Below are positions 62,709 to 64,000 of a stretch of 64,000 nt of DNA, one piece after another. Within the stretch, counting starts at the first letter, position 1; each line of letters begins with the position of its first letter. Where the stretch lies: the sequence record NC_049850.1; one strand, written 5' to 3'. The notes beneath the pieces were generated by a model that was given only the letters and a program-made list of their open reading frames with translations, made no database searches and was not told the DNA's origin. A program made the position numbers and the translations under genes.

Positions 62709-63452
62709 TTACAGCGACGCGTCGAGATAGCCGTACTCGTACCCGATCCCCGCCAAAGTGAGCGAGAACCCCATCGAGAAACGAAATGCCACGTATTTGG
62801 CGGTTCGTTCAATGTCGGGATAGCGGTCTTCCTTCAGCGGGGCCGGAGGCCCCTTATAGACACGCGTACGGTGGAAGTCACCGATGCTGATGGCGCTCAC
62901 GGTCAGGGCTTCGGTCGGGTCAAGAACCTCGTTCTCTAGCGTCTCGTTGAGGGTGATGCGCTGAATGCCGCAGTCGAAGTTGGAAATCAGATCGAGAAGA
63001 TCGTCATTCTGTGCCACGACCGCATAGGTGTTTGGGGTCGTGAGACGCGACGCCAGATCACGCGAAGTCGCTTCGACGATTGGGGTGCGCCCCTGACGGA
63101 TCAGGTTCATGGCCATGCGCTCGACGCCAATGCGTAACGAATTGACCAAACCCGTGATCCTTTCGCGGGTCTTGGTCTCGTCGTCACTGTACAGAAACGC
63201 CGGACACACGCTGATGTGAACAGTCTTGGTTTCGCTGGTTTCAGCGACCTGCTCGACCTGCGTCGGGCTTAGGGCACGATACGCGCCGGGCGTTGCGATC
63301 ACGGGTGCTCCGGATGGACGGAACAGCGAAAGAATCTTCGACGACGCTACGTTAGCAGCGATCTCGTCACAGAGGATTTCCGCAACGTGTTCATACTTCT
63401 GCTTGTGTAGTAGTTCAACTACTTGGTCTACGGTACTGGGACTCAATGTCAC
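62709..63452 (-). CDS. hypothetical protein (about 247 aa)
   Basis: AGGAG RBS; start GTG 63452 or TTG 63446. Confidence 0.7.
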   Translation of the reverse strand: MTLSPSTVDQVVELLHKQKYEHVAEILCDEIAANVASSKILSLFRPSGAPVIATPGAYRALSPTQVEQVAETSETKTVHISVCPAFLYSDDETKTRERITGLVNSLRIGVERMAMNLIRQGRTPIVEATSRDLASRLTTPNTYAVVAQNDDLLDLISNFDCGIQRITLNETLENEVLDPTEALTVSAISIGDFHRTRVYKGPPAPLKEDRYPDIERTAKYVAFRFSMGFSLTLAGIGYEYGYLDASL

Positions 63453-63496
63453 TCCTGATGTAGAAAGGGGCCCGGTTTCCCGAGCCCCGTTACGTT

Positions 63497-64000
63497 TTAC
63501 AGCACGATCAGGTCAGTGTTGTGCGCATAAGGCTGCGCAAACCGCTTTGCCAGTTCGGCCCCGGCTTCGGCCGCCGCACGCACCTCACTGAACGTCTGCT
63601 CGTTGAACAGCTTGCCGTCTTCGTAGACGGTGCGCAGGATGTTTTCCCGGGCCCCGAGTTCCGACGACTGAATGACTTCGAGGATGCCGCTCTCGTTGCG
63701 GACCACCGCTAGGTGCCCCTTGAGCGACTTCTTCGACGACGCAGTGATCGGGTCCTTCATAATCCCGGTCCATGCCTCGCGGCCATTCGTGACAGCACTT
63801 GCCTTCTGGGCGTGACCCAGTACGTCCCGGTTGGTAGCTTGAAGCAGTGCGCCACCCATGCCGAATGCTACGTTCTCGGCGCTGAATCCGTGGAGTTCGA
63901 GGGCCCGCAGGATCGCGATGATCGAATCACGGTTCACACCGTCACCCTGAATCACACGCACGCTCGGGTGGAGCACCTTGAAGCCCTTGCTGTTGACGTT
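63497..64000 (-). CDS. nadV: nicotinamide phosphoribosyltransferase (NAMPT), C-terminal part; gene runs off window
   Basis: LHPSVRVIQGDGVN...ENVAFGMGGALLQ..NRD...KDPIT..SKKS.KG signature. Confidence 0.9.
   Translation of the reverse strand, partial: NVNSKGFKVLHPSVRVIQGDGVNRDSIIAILRALELHGFSAENVAFGMGGALLQATNRDVLGHAQKASAVTNGREAWTGIMKDPITASSKKSLKGHLAVVRNESGILEVIQSSELGARENILRTVYEDGKLFNEQTFSEVRAAAEAGAELAKRFAQPYAHNTDLIVL

Noticed and set aside
1-64000. tRNA, rRNA, integrase, transposase, terminase, portal or tape-measure genes
   Set aside because: No cloverleaf/T-loop signatures or family motifs seen by eye; tRNAscan-SE and HMM searches would be needed to exclude divergent copies

Overview
The window looks like part of a large lytic, contractile-tailed (myovirus-type) phage genome with GC-rich DNA. 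I infer a jumbo phage of a high-GC proteobacterium. It recalls the RSL1/BcepSauron-type phages from memory, but I could not verify that. It has three parts. (1) 1-28.2 kb is an early or host-takeover arm of about 75 small, mostly minus-strand hypothetical genes. About 30 sigma70-type promoters (TTGACR-N16-18-TAnnnT) drive them, and most are abutted upstream by a 27-bp dyad, AATA(A)CCC-N11-13-GGG(T)TATT. (2) 28.2-29.5 kb has no convincing gene. It holds four rightward promoters and a ~400-bp AT-rich palindromic array with ~20-bp period, a candidate genome terminus, pac site or origin. A free-standing GIY-YIG endonuclease gene with four HTH repeats follows. (3) 31.7-64 kb is a minus-strand morphogenesis module (tube, sheath, major capsid, probable scaffold, prohead protease, 1534-aa SF2/SNF2-like helicase, HNH, neck proteins). 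Nucleotide-metabolism genes follow (dCMP deaminase, Nudix, MazG-like NTP-PPase, PC4-like protein, partial NAMPT), plus one inverted Kelch-like propeller gene. The main observations are the dyad-promoter cassette system, a shared AAxRL peptide motif in at least 7 otherwise unrelated proteins (candidate capsid-targeting or maturation signal), the periodic array, two further promoter motifs and several candidate small RNAs. I saw no tRNA, rRNA or CRISPR array. All annotation is by eye with no database searches, and some start codons were shifted from the ORF track using RBS position.
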